Below, one piece after another: positions 10,622-20,163 of a stretch of 64,000 bases of DNA. Made by a program: the position numbers and the translations under genes. The stretch is from Cyanidioschyzon merolae (lineage: Eukaryota), in assembly GCA_000091205.1 (NCBI GenBank), contig AP006489.2; one strand, 5' to 3'. Each line of letters begins with the position of its first letter. Within the stretch, counting starts at the first letter, position 1. The notes under the pieces were generated by a model. The model was given only the letters and a program-made list of their open reading frames with translations. It was not told the DNA's origin and did no database searches.

Positions 10622-13600
10622 TTATCGCTGCGCTGTGCTTCCATCGTCGCTGACAGCCCGGTTGGAAGGTACGGTTTCCAGGTTCCCAGTGTCGGTGTCA
10701 CGCTGAGGATCGGGTTCTGTTTCGCGCAACAGAAAACGCACAAACTCGCGACCGAGCGATACGGCGTTCGAACGTGGCCATACGCGTCCGAGGGCTTGCG
10801 AACGTTCCGCCTCCGTACATTGGAGCATTCGCAGGAGCAGGTCCAGCGCTTCACGACGCTGGTTTGCTTTCTCGCTCAGCAGAAACACCAGCAGCAGCTG
10901 GCGGAGAAAAGGTCTGTCAACGGGTTCGTCAGCCGCTGTGCTTTCAATAACCTGATCGACATCCAAAAGCTCGGGAACAAGGGGCTCTTGCTGCTGCTGC
11001 TGCTGCTGCTGCGTATCTACGCTCCCGTCTCCCTGTTCGCCCAAAGCGAGGCGTTTTCCGCTTTCGGCATTGAAATAGACCGGGTGCTCGCTGGAGCTAT
11101 CCCCGAGGACAGGATCAATCAAAGGCCGGTATCGTTGCCTCAGCATCAGCATCTTCCACCAGTTCCGTTCCTGGGAGAGACGTGCAACTCGAGTCTGAGC
11201 CTCCTCGAGTGTCGCTCGGCATTCGGCCAATGTGTCGGTCAGCTGCGCGTTCTCCGCTCGGGCAGCCACGAGCTCTGCCTCTGTTTGTTCGAGGCGCGCA
11301 CGCAATGCAGACAACTCCGTATCTTTTTCCTGCAAAGCCAACTCGCTCCGCAGTAAACGACGCTCTATTTCGCTGAGCTGCGTGCGGTGCTGTTCTTGAT
11401 TGCGTGCCAGGGCGGCCTCGTGAGACTGCTGCATCGCCGTGAGCGCCGTCGTAAGTCGCCGTTCCCGTTCTTCAAACTCAAGCAGACGCTTCTCCAAGGA
11501 TGCCATGGACCGCTGCAGGTCCACCATCTTGGTGGACGCAGATGTCTCCGCACGGCGGCTCGCCTCCTGCTCCTCCTTGGCGATGCGCAACTGTTCGAGT
11601 GCTTGTTCGAGCGCCTCCTCCAGTGACTCTGTATTGGATTCCTGTTCTAAGCAGTGTTCACGAAGCTTCTCTACTTCAGTTTGTAGGAGGATGTACTCGG
11701 CGTGGAGTGCCTCATACCGCACAGCCCAGTGCTCAGCCTCTTTTTGAGCAGCTGCGTAACGCGCTGCGATACTTGCAATTTCGTCTTGATGACCGATAAC
11801 GCGCTCGCTTTCGTGTCCAGCACTCGGGCTAGTGCCGACATCCGAGCCCTGTACTCGCTCACTGGTGTGTGTTGCGGCCTCGACGCTTTCCTCGCGGGAC
11901 AGATGCTGTTCGGAGGCACCCGCTGGAGGTGATATCGCCCGATCGTCGGATTGTGCTGCAGTGGAGGCTGCTTCGAGACGCGGCCGCTGCGTTTCGGGAG
12001 CACTGCGCAGGTGCTCGGCGCTTGTCTCTGCGACGTAGGCGGCAGTCCGAAAAGCCATCTCGCTCTCAAAAGTGAGTCTGCTAGAGCCAGGGACGGAATG
12101 CAGTGTTCCATCCGCTGCTCGCCGACGCTCGGTGATCCATGCTGTGGAATCTTCAGCTGCTGCTAAGCGATCACAACTGCTCCCGCCAGATGCAATGGAC
12201 GCAACACCAGAGACTGGACTTTGGACGCGGGCCGAAGGCGTCGTTGAGCCTTGCCCCGGTGGTGACGAGACTCCCGGCGACTGCGGCACCTGCTCCCGGG
12301 TCATTGTTGAGTCCTCCAAACGATCCGATCCGCTATCATTGCCAAAAAACGGGCCAGCAACCGGAATACTGCTCTCTGGAAGCAGATAGGACAATTCCTC
12401 ATCAGCGCTGGCGAGCGATCCAGCCTGTAGATCAACGGTGCGCGCGTTCGAGGACGTTGCTGCAGCTGGCGACTCAACAGCAACTGAGGCACTTCCGATG
12501 CCTGGAAGCCGCACAGCAGCCACTGCGGCTGACGCCCTGTCTATCGCTGGGTCTAGAGCTGCTGCCGCTGCCGTTGGCGGTGTCATCGACCGGGTTTCAG
12601 GAGCGCGCAGCGCCTCGGGTTCGCTGGGCGAAGCGCTCGACAGCATCCTTGCATCCCGCGGAGACGAGCTCCCTGCTACCCGGGTGGATCCTTCCGAATG
12701 ACCTGCAGCGGTTTCCGTCGACATCACGGATGCAGATTCTCCTATCGCTGCAGTAATGTCTCGCGATCCCTCCGTGTCAAGCTGGGCTTCTTGCGCTTCA
12801 GATGCTGCGGCCGCCTCAGGTACCGTCGATGGTAAGGTGCTTGGGGTCAGGAGCGGCTCCTTCGATACCGCTGCTTGCGCCTCATGAACAGCCAATGGCG
12901 AAGGAGTATGGATTAAGGGCGGCTCATCCAGCACCGCTCCTGGTGACACCGGCGGCGTAGCGCTCTTTCGTGTGCCGGCTCCGGCTGCTGCAATCTTTAT
13001 TGCCAATGCTTCTCCAGTTTCGGGGGCGCTAGGTTCAGGTGGATGCTGATCGGATCCGCCATGTGCCCGACTGGACTTTGCAGAGCGAATTGGATCCGCG
13101 TGAGTACCTGTATGGAATACTTGCTCGCTGTCCATCATGGTAATCGAGTCAGTTGTCGGCATGCTCGCCTGCAGGGTCTCATCATGGCGGGCCAGGTCTG
13201 GATCGCCCTTGGCGGTGGCATCCGATATCGGCCGGTTCGCAAGCTGAGCCTGCCTCCTTGCAATCGTATTGGTTTCAGTCTGTTGTGGGCTGACGCTTTT
13301 CACAGAAGAACCTCCTTGCTCGAATGTATGTGTAGTTTCCGATGAGACAGGTGGTGCTTTTGAATCGAAATAGAACACATTGCCAGGCGCTTGCCCCTGC
13401 ACAGTAGATAGATGTGCGTGAATCGCCGCTGAACCTTGCGCTCGCTGAGCTGCCTCTTTGCATTCGAGCGGCATAAACCTCTCCATATCCGAGACAGCAT
13501 GCTCATCAGCTGGTTTCAACTTGAGCTGCACATCGGGATGTTTGCCTGGAGCAGTGCGATAACCACTAGAGTGGTCGATAGCGGCCTGTGCGTCGCCCTC

Positions 13601-14362
13601 AGGGCCTCGACTTTGCCATGCGGTTTCATTGTAGGGCGCTTGCCAAGCATCATCCGGTGAGGCACGATGTGCTACCTGCCCAGCTACCACGGACGACTTC
13701 AATGCAGCTCGTGGGCTCACTTGCCGCTCACTCACAGGTGTACCTGATGCGCGCTTCGTGGCCTGCAAGTCACTGGGCGGTGCATCTGCCAGACTTGCTC
13801 CGGCTGTCGCAGCGTTCGGACTTGCGTGGTCGGCGACCAGCGGTGCCTCGTCAGCGCTGCTTTTCACTGCCGACGCGCCCAGAGGTCGAGCACCAAGGAC
13901 ACGACGTTTTGGTCGCCGCAACGTGGACCCTGCGCCTTCTGGTTCCGCACTTACGGCCTTTGGAAGCTGGACAAGAGCCGGTACGATCGAAGCAGCTTGA
14001 CTCGAACCGTTCTCGTCGTCCGTGGTCGTAGCTGGCGATCGGTGCTCCCGCGGATACGTCTCTGTTTGCAGTTCCACTGGCCTTATGGGGTTCTTCGCTG
14101 GCTTGTTGGATCGAGTGAGGGCGTCACCCGCTCGAAGCGGTAGTACTACGCTACTCTGCAGAGAAGTTGCTTGCTTCATTGCTTTCGACACGGAAGCTTC
14201 CTCCGGGCTTTCCGTGTCATCCTCGTCTGCGACCTCGAGAGCTGCACGCGCATCCTCTAGTAACTCGCGAGCGGCTTCTGCGACCTTCTCGGCTCGTTTA
14301 CGTGCCTCAATGGCTCTGTTAAAAGCTTCCTGGCGGAGCGCTTGCCACATGAACAAGTGCAA
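10622..14362 (-). CDS. Golgin-like coiled-coil protein with a C-terminal GRIP domain, a long N-terminal disordered region and an internal polyQ tract.
   Basis: The central region is heptad-rich with E/L/R/Q (LQTEVEKLREHCLEQESNTESLEEALEQALEQLRIAKEEQ...). The C-terminal FLRQLLLVFLLSEKANQRREALDLLLRMLQCTEAERSQAL matches the GRIP consensus (golgin-97 YLRKVLFEYMMGRETKTMAKVITTVLKFPDDQTQKIL), with Phe at the usually conserved Tyr. The (GCT)8 tract at about 10988-11011 encodes Q8. Confidence 0.5.
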   Translation of the reverse strand: MHLFMWQALRQEAFNRAIEARKRAEKVAEAARELLEDARAALEVADEDDTESPEEASVSKAMKQATSLQSSVVLPLRAGDALTRSNKPAKNPIRPVELQTETYPREHRSPATTTDDENGSSQAASIVPALVQLPKAVSAEPEGAGSTLRRPKRRVLGARPLGASAVKSSADEAPLVADHASPNAATAGASLADAPPSDLQATKRASGTPVSERQVSPRAALKSSVVAGQVAHRASPDDAWQAPYNETAWQSRGPEGDAQAAIDHSSGYRTAPGKHPDVQLKLKPADEHAVSDMERFMPLECKEAAQRAQGSAAIHAHLSTVQGQAPGNVFYFDSKAPPVSSETTHTFEQGGSSVKSVSPQQTETNTIARRQAQLANRPISDATAKGDPDLARHDETLQASMPTTDSITMMDSEQVFHTGTHADPIRSAKSSRAHGGSDQHPPEPSAPETGEALAIKIAAAGAGTRKSATPPVSPGAVLDEPPLIHTPSPLAVHEAQAAVSKEPLLTPSTLPSTVPEAAAASEAQEAQLDTEGSRDITAAIGESASVMSTETAAGHSEGSTRVAGSSSPRDARMLSSASPSEPEALRAPETRSMTPPTAAAAALDPAIDRASAAVAAVRLPGIGSASVAVESPAAATSSNARTVDLQAGSLASADEELSYLLPESSIPVAGPFFGNDSGSDRLEDSTMTREQVPQSPGVSSPPGQGSTTPSARVQSPVSGVASIASGGSSCDRLAAAEDSTAWITERRRAADGTLHSVPGSSRLTFESEMAFRTAAYVAETSAEHLRSAPETQRPRLEAASTAAQSDDRAISPPAGASEQHLSREESVEAATHTSERVQGSDVGTSPSAGHESERVIGHQDEIASIAARYAAAQKEAEHWAVRYEALHAEYILLQTEVEKLREHCLEQESNTESLEEALEQALEQLRIAKEEQEASRRAETSASTKMVDLQRSMASLEKRLLEFEERERRLTTALTAMQQSHEAALARNQEQHRTQLSEIERRLLRSELALQEKDTELSALRARLEQTEAELVAARAENAQLTDTLAECRATLEEAQTRVARLSQERNWWKMLMLRQRYRPLIDPVLGDSSSEHPVYFNAESGKRLALGEQGDGSVDTQQQQQQQQEPLVPELLDVDQVIESTAADEPVDRPFLRQLLLVFLLSEKANQRREALDLLLRMLQCTEAERSQALGRVWPRSNAVSLGREFVRFLLRETEPDPQRDTDTGNLETVPSNRAVSDDGSTAQR

Positions 14363-14847
14363 GTCACTGATCCAAGCAAAGCCCGAATACGAAAACAGCG
14401 CTTGACAAGCAGCACAGCGTCAAGGACAAAAAATCGGGCGTTACTGGAATGGACGTCCCTCGAAAACGTCTGTGTGCTGGACTGCAGCAACGTTGACGTC
14501 GAGTCGCCGGACTGGGTATGCAACGTCCGTGAATGTTGACGAAGACTTCATCTGGTTGATCTTGATAGACGACGATCAGTAAAGGTCGCGCAATAACTAT
14601 TGGAAAGAAGCGCTCTGGAGTGACCACGAACCGAACCTCGCAGTACGAGTGACGGGTTTTACAGTTGCGCCAGACGCTATACTTTTGCTACTCGTTGAAG
14701 GCCTGCTAGCGGATGCGAAAGGCGTCAGACATCCACTGCTCCTGTCCAGTGTTCGAAGACGACCGTGAGACGCACTATTATGCCTCAGTGCGAGTTGCAT
14801 ACCGCCGCTGTAAGCGTTCTGCTGGCGAAAGCGTGCTCGTCGAAACC

Positions 14848-14857
14848 TGTTGATCGT

Positions 14858-14880
<23 letters not shown>
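14848..14880. repeat. (GAT)11 microsatellite.
   Basis: Directly visible as gatgatgat... x11. It creates the polyD, polyH and polyI pseudo-ORFs listed in the track. Confidence 0.95.
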
Positions 14881-14895
<15 letters not shown>

Positions 14896-15131
14896 GCTCC
14901 GTCGGGGTAGGCTCCACTCGTCGCACGACCAGCGACCCCTGGTGTGTGGAGCTGTTCCGTTGGACAAAAGCCCTGAGCGGAAAAAGAGGCAAGCGAGCAC
15001 AAGGCCTGGCAAAACTTCTTCGAACCTTGAGGTTGTACGCAGATATCAGATTAAAAAGGAGCAGTGAACTGCTCGCATTCGTTCTGCCCGTCAATATTTC
15101 AGCGAATTGTTCAAAAGCATAGCCTCGAAAC

Positions 15132-16317
15132 TCCCAATCCATCCATAAGCGCTTATGGATGCATACGTCGTTCGAGGACCCCTGGTCTTTTTTTCGGAGT
15201 GGTTCGCTCACCGCTTTGCTGCCGGCACTCGTTTCGATACAGGAATCGAGGTGGTTCACGACAACCTCGAATACATATTCGTGAATTGGCCTGTATCCTC
15301 ATCCAATGCGAACGTGCAAGCCGCTGCTCTTCTGCATTCCGGAGGTATCGCATGCCGGAATCACGCATTTTCATGCCCGGAATCTTTCTGTATCGAGGCA
15401 GCGAATAAGTGCAGAAAATTCCCACCTTTACATGGGCACGAAAAGCATTTCGTCTTCGCCTGCTAGCGAATTCTGCACTGGTTCATGGCGAGTCATCACT
15501 GAATGTGTCACGTCCAACAATCCGCTGCGTTCGAATGGCCAATGGCCCTCTCGTTGTGGTGAACGACGCACTGGCATTCGACAGCATCTTGATACGTCTC
15601 ACAGGATGTGCTCGCGGGGACTCGCGTCTTTTCCTTTTGCATTTCGAACGGTCTTCGACTTGGACGTTCTCTTCGCAGCAATCGCTTCTAGTGGAGCGTG
15701 CGTCATCGCGTCGCACGATACAAGCAATGGCCAGCTCGATAGATGTCGATCTGTTTTCTTTCCTGGATTTTCATCGCAGTATTTGTTCCATCACGAACAT
15801 TACCGAGTTCCACAAATACTTTATCGAATGGAACAGTGTGCACTTGCATTTGCAGCAGAGAGCGTACGTGCCGAGAGCATCATCTGCAAGTAGCCCGTGC
15901 GTATAGGGTACGGTATCGGGCACGCAAACCGAGACAGGTATAGACAATGCCCTTCTATACCCGTCAGTAACGTGTAACAATCGATGAAGCAAGCGCTCAC
16001 AATCGACAGCATGGCTCCCCGGAGTGGCAGCATGGTGTACGCGTGCGAACATTCGACCGCAGTCGGCTGGCACCGTCGCATACGGCAAACCTCTTTCGCA
16101 TACGCAGCAGATGAGCATACCAAGCGAAAAGTAGACCGCAACGCCGACCTACGCATCCAGTGCGTCCCCCGAAGCCGGAAGCAGCCAAATACTGACTCTA
16201 ATGTTGCCGGCAACATCCTTCACCAGCTGACAAAGAAGCCGGAAGGACCAGAGCGTCCAGCGTACTACACTCCAGAGGTAAAAGAGATGACTCTGAACCA
16301 GTCACAGAAAAAAAGCC
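15132..16317 (+). repeat. Direct repeat copy 1 (about 1186 bp), left flank of the nitrate-assimilation cluster.
   Basis: Near-identical to 27673-28857. The same ORFs appear in both copies (15064..15408 equals 27653..27949; 15306..15893 versus 27847..28434 differ at 3 of 195 aa). Boundaries were mapped by eye to tcccaatccatccataagcgc... through ...cacagaaaaaagcc. A 20-bp perfect palindrome ATCCATAAGCGCTTATGGAT sits at the 5' edge. Confidence 0.9.
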
Positions 16318-17584
16318 CGCAGAGGCTGGTGTTATTGACAATAGCCAGAGATGCCTTCGTTAAGCTGTACGCGGATATTGGCAAGGCTTTTCTTTCTCGT
16401 CATGACATTGTCACGTGTATACCATAATGTATTCCTTGCTACAAGCTTTGCGCAGCGCATTCGCGGAAGGTGCGCTTCGTTCCAGCGAAGAACGCACGAA
16501 TCGCACGGGAGTCCCGCAGAATTCCGAAAGCCGTCCCTAACCTCAGCACAGACATTCAGGTGCTCTGACGGCGCTGCAATGCACCATGTATCCCATTGAT
16601 GCCACCCGGTTCGGACTGGGGCGTGATCCCTCCCACGATTCACCTGGTGTAGTGCTTACCCCAGACGCTTGCTCTGGCGACGTGCAAGTGTCCCATGGAG
16701 GCGTGAACGCTCGTCACGGCCTTTACTGACATCGGCTCGCTGTCACAAGGACTGATGCGCTCTGCTTGGTGCTGTCCGGATCCAACAAGCAGATCCACTT
16801 TCTTAAAGACGTACGAGAGATGAATGCAGCGGGGCATTCAGAGAGGCACCAATATCACCGCTTGACGAGGCATCAGTCTGGACGCTGCCCCAGGGGATGC
16901 TACGTGCTGCCACACAGATTGCAGCGTAGGCGTCCATAGGCAGCGTCGCTTGCGAAGCGATCGATGTCGGGCATACATAAACGCTCGAGAGAAAAAAACA
17001 AATCGGTTCCCGCCATCTTCGCATGGAGCGGCGAGATGTCGTCAAGCAAAGTTCATGGAACGATTTTCCAGCCAACGTAACATCGATTACCAGCTCACGA
17101 ACCGAAAAGCGATCCTTGATATGCGCAAAGTTTGCCAAGAAGGTCAGGATGTATCTTGGCACACATTTCGGTGTATGTTGTTATGAAAAGGAAAATGTAT
17201 TTTCCTGCGCTTTTTAGTTATTTCCTCGTCACTTCGGAACATGGATATGTCGATTACGAATGCGTATGCACCCATAACCAATGAATGGCAAGACGCGTTG
17301 CAGAGAGAATCACCCGAACCCTGGAGAACCCAGGTGCACATGCCTGCGTCCAATCATCGGTCGACCGGGCACGTGCTGGATGCATTGCCCTCTCGATCGC
17401 GCTTGTACCGTCAGTTGCCTGAAGTCTATCTGATGCATGCTCCGAGGTGGCGAACCACCATCTCTTGCAGTGCATGGTGCAGCATGACGACTGCCTTGCA
17501 AAGTTAGCCGTACCACCGCATGCATATATCCTGCACATCCACATGTGCCACGTAGACTCATTCACGAAGCTCTATCTCGGATGC

Positions 17585-19291
17585 CTACGGCTTCTGAGCT
17601 GGATGCACGTCCGAAACGTGTTCCGCCTCAGGGCGTGTGCCACGATCAAGAGCACTTGTCGTTTCCACCGGTTCAATCGAGTCGCGCATGACGCTCTGCA
17701 GTGCGCCAGTATTCATGGGTTCGCCTATCGCTACGATCGGCGACATAGCCTTGTCGTCTGGCGGCTGCTCCGAGACACCAAGATCGTCCTTTTGGAGACT
17801 CAAGCGATTCAGCGCACGCAATTCTGCATCAGATATTCCAATGGTCGTCACTTTCACGGGGAGTGGCCAAAGCAACAGAAACGACAAGACTGAGATACCC
17901 AGCACGACAAAGGAGATTAGGCGAACCGCATCCGGATCGCTCATGTGGCTAAACACAAGACTGAGGGTGACGCCGCCAGTATTCCCGCCCGCACCAACGA
18001 TACCACCCACGGACCCGGTCGCGATCGGATCCACGAAGGGGACGATCGCGAAAACTGCGCCGCATGACGCCTGCGTGAAAAGGGAAAAAAGAATCAAAGT
18101 GGGTATTGCTGCACCGATGGTCGTCATCCGGGAGAAAACCAAGCAGAATACACCCTCGAGAACCAGGTTCGCGAACAACCAGAGCACACGTCCGCGCATG
18201 CTGTAGCGACGCGCAATCAGATCCGAGCCAATACCGCCAACAGCCCGCGCAAACAGGTTCATTAGTCCAAAGAGACCTGCCGCAACACCGGCTATCGATT
18301 GATCAAGGTTGAAGACTTTGTTGAAGTAAGTAGCCAGCACGTTATCCATGGTCAGCTCAACACCGAAAGAAGACGCATACAGGCAGAACAGCACATACGT
18401 TCGCGGATTTCTTGCTGCTCGCGCAAAAGCCTCGAGTGCTGAAATCGGGCGCAAGTTCCCGATTCGATAGAGATTCTTGTAGTCACCGTCTGGGCAGTCG
18501 TCGGAGAAGAAGAACAAGACCACGGCCCAGATCAGGGCCATGGTACCAGGGATCACCATCACGACTCGCCAGGCTTTTTCCTCGTCCAAACCGAAGACCT
18601 TCATCAAGTTATAGAACTGCGGCATAAGCGCATTGGTGGCGCCACCGCCCGCATTGCCCCATCCCGCTGCAACCGCATTCGCTGTTCCAATGATATTCCT
18701 CGAGAACATCAGCGCACACCAGTACTCAGTTACAACGAAGGTTGCACCAAGACCGCCGATGAAAAAACGTGCTGTGGCGAATGATGCAAAATTATACACC
18801 GTTCCGAACAGATACACCGGGATTGAGAACACCGCCAGCAGGAGCGCCTGAACACGTCGTGGCCCGAAGCGGTCCACCAGGGCACCAGTCACCATGCGCA
18901 TGAACACTGTACCTGAAAGCGCAATCGCATTCGAGTGCGCTTTGTTCGCTTTGGTCAAGTCCAATGCTTTGTCCGAGGAAATACTCGGTAAAAGCGCTGG
19001 TACCGCAAACCAACCGAAAAACGCGATGAAAAAGGATGACCATGCAAAGAAAAAGGCCCGCATATGCGGACGGTCGAAGCGCCACGGCTCCAGGCGCCTT
19101 GCCCGGTGTAGGGCATCGACTGGCAAACGGTACGAATACAGCGGAGCCGCCACCGACTCCACTTCAAGGTCTTTCCATTCTTTACTGTTCGGACGCGAAG
19201 GCCCCAGAGATGAGTCGAGGGTGTCGTCTCGGAGGAGGATCTCTTTCTCGTCCAACGCTGTAGGGACAGGTTGGCCAGCTCCCTCCGCCAT
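17585..19291 (-). CDS. NRT2: High-affinity nitrate/nitrite transporter, NNP family (NRT2), an MFS transporter.
   Basis: The NNP nitrate signature AAGWGNAGGG is present in GGATFVVTEYWCALMFSRNIIGTANAVAAGWGNAGGGATNALMPQ. About 12 hydrophobic segments with Gly-rich MFS motifs are visible, and the gene is adjacent and divergent to nitrate reductase. Confidence 0.88.
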   Translation of the reverse strand: MAEGAGQPVPTALDEKEILLRDDTLDSSLGPSRPNSKEWKDLEVESVAAPLYSYRLPVDALHRARRLEPWRFDRPHMRAFFFAWSSFFIAFFGWFAVPALLPSISSDKALDLTKANKAHSNAIALSGTVFMRMVTGALVDRFGPRRVQALLLAVFSIPVYLFGTVYNFASFATARFFIGGLGATFVVTEYWCALMFSRNIIGTANAVAAGWGNAGGGATNALMPQFYNLMKVFGLDEEKAWRVVMVIPGTMALIWAVVLFFFSDDCPDGDYKNLYRIGNLRPISALEAFARAARNPRTYVLFCLYASSFGVELTMDNVLATYFNKVFNLDQSIAGVAAGLFGLMNLFARAVGGIGSDLIARRYSMRGRVLWLFANLVLEGVFCLVFSRMTTIGAAIPTLILFSLFTQASCGAVFAIVPFVDPIATGSVGGIVGAGGNTGGVTLSLVFSHMSDPDAVRLISFVVLGISVLSFLLLWPLPVKVTTIGISDAELRALNRLSLQKDDLGVSEQPPDDKAMSPIVAIGEPMNTGALQSVMRDSIEPVETTSALDRGTRPEAEHVSDVHPAQKP

Positions 19292-20163
19292 GCCGGAGTG
19301 GTCAGGACAGCGGTTTTGTGCTCAACACTTAAGTACGTTATGTATGTCGGGGAAACGCACCAAGCGTCAACTCCCCTTCCGCTGACAAGTTGTGGCAGAC
19401 ACAAAGTGCCTCTCAACTGAATGCCAAACACGAATACAACGTGTGGCGCACGCATGCACCATCATGCGTGCATCGCCGTGCGCACGCATGCGATAGGTCG
19501 ATGGCGCGCGCGCGCGCGCCGCTGCAACCGAATCGTTGACCGTTGAACGAATACGGAGGCGTACGCCAACGCCAACAACGCATCACGCCCACACGTGCTG
19601 GACACACGATGCCGATCCCGAAATACGACGCCGCTACGCTCCTGGACGTGGCGCCAACGAACGGCTCAACAGATTCGTGACAGGAGCAACAAGAACAACA
19701 ACAGTGACATCGCGAACGTGTTTCCTAGTTCGCGTAAAAGGCAAACGTGCAGCTGTACACCAGCGTTAGAAACTGGTTGGTGAGTTTTGAGGGGCACTTT
19801 TGAGTTGCAAGCGTTTGGAGGGTTTTTTAGAATTGTGGAGTTTGCTAGTTGTTGGTTGTAGTTGCCGTTCACGGAGCTAGGGTGCGAACACGACTTGAGG
19901 GCGTGGGGTGCTCGCCAGCACTCCGTTGTCACCGTGAAAATTCTGCAAGACTGCTCGGACGTGTTTTATTAGCTCTGAGTTCTATCGTCTGTGCAATTGT
20001 GATTTTTTTTGTTAGTGAACAACGAAGAAGAAGGTGGAAAACGAGTCGAGCAATCTAGCCGAAACGTGTGACCTCGCTCTGGGACGCGAATCTTGTTCGC
20101 TGAAACGCCCTATCGTCGAAAGACTGGAACCAAGAAGAATTCAAACGAAGCTGAAGGCCGCGA
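19292..20163. promoter_or_regulatory. Divergent intergenic region between NRT2 and nitrate reductase, presumed to be a bidirectional promoter.
   Basis: 872 bp lie between two divergently oriented start codons. The region contains a (GC)9 tract at about 19497-19515 and T-rich tracts. No specific binding site could be established by eye. Confidence 0.35.

Noticed and set aside
14850-15122. A polyD/polyH/polyI 'protein' encoded across the (GAT)11 tract.
   Set aside because: It is an artefact of translating a microsatellite in three frames.
19292-20163. Nitrogen-regulatory GATA sites in the NRT2-NR intergenic region.
   Set aside because: Only about 3-4 GATA/TATC cores occur in 872 bp, which is at or below random expectation. 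No HGATAR pairs are visible.
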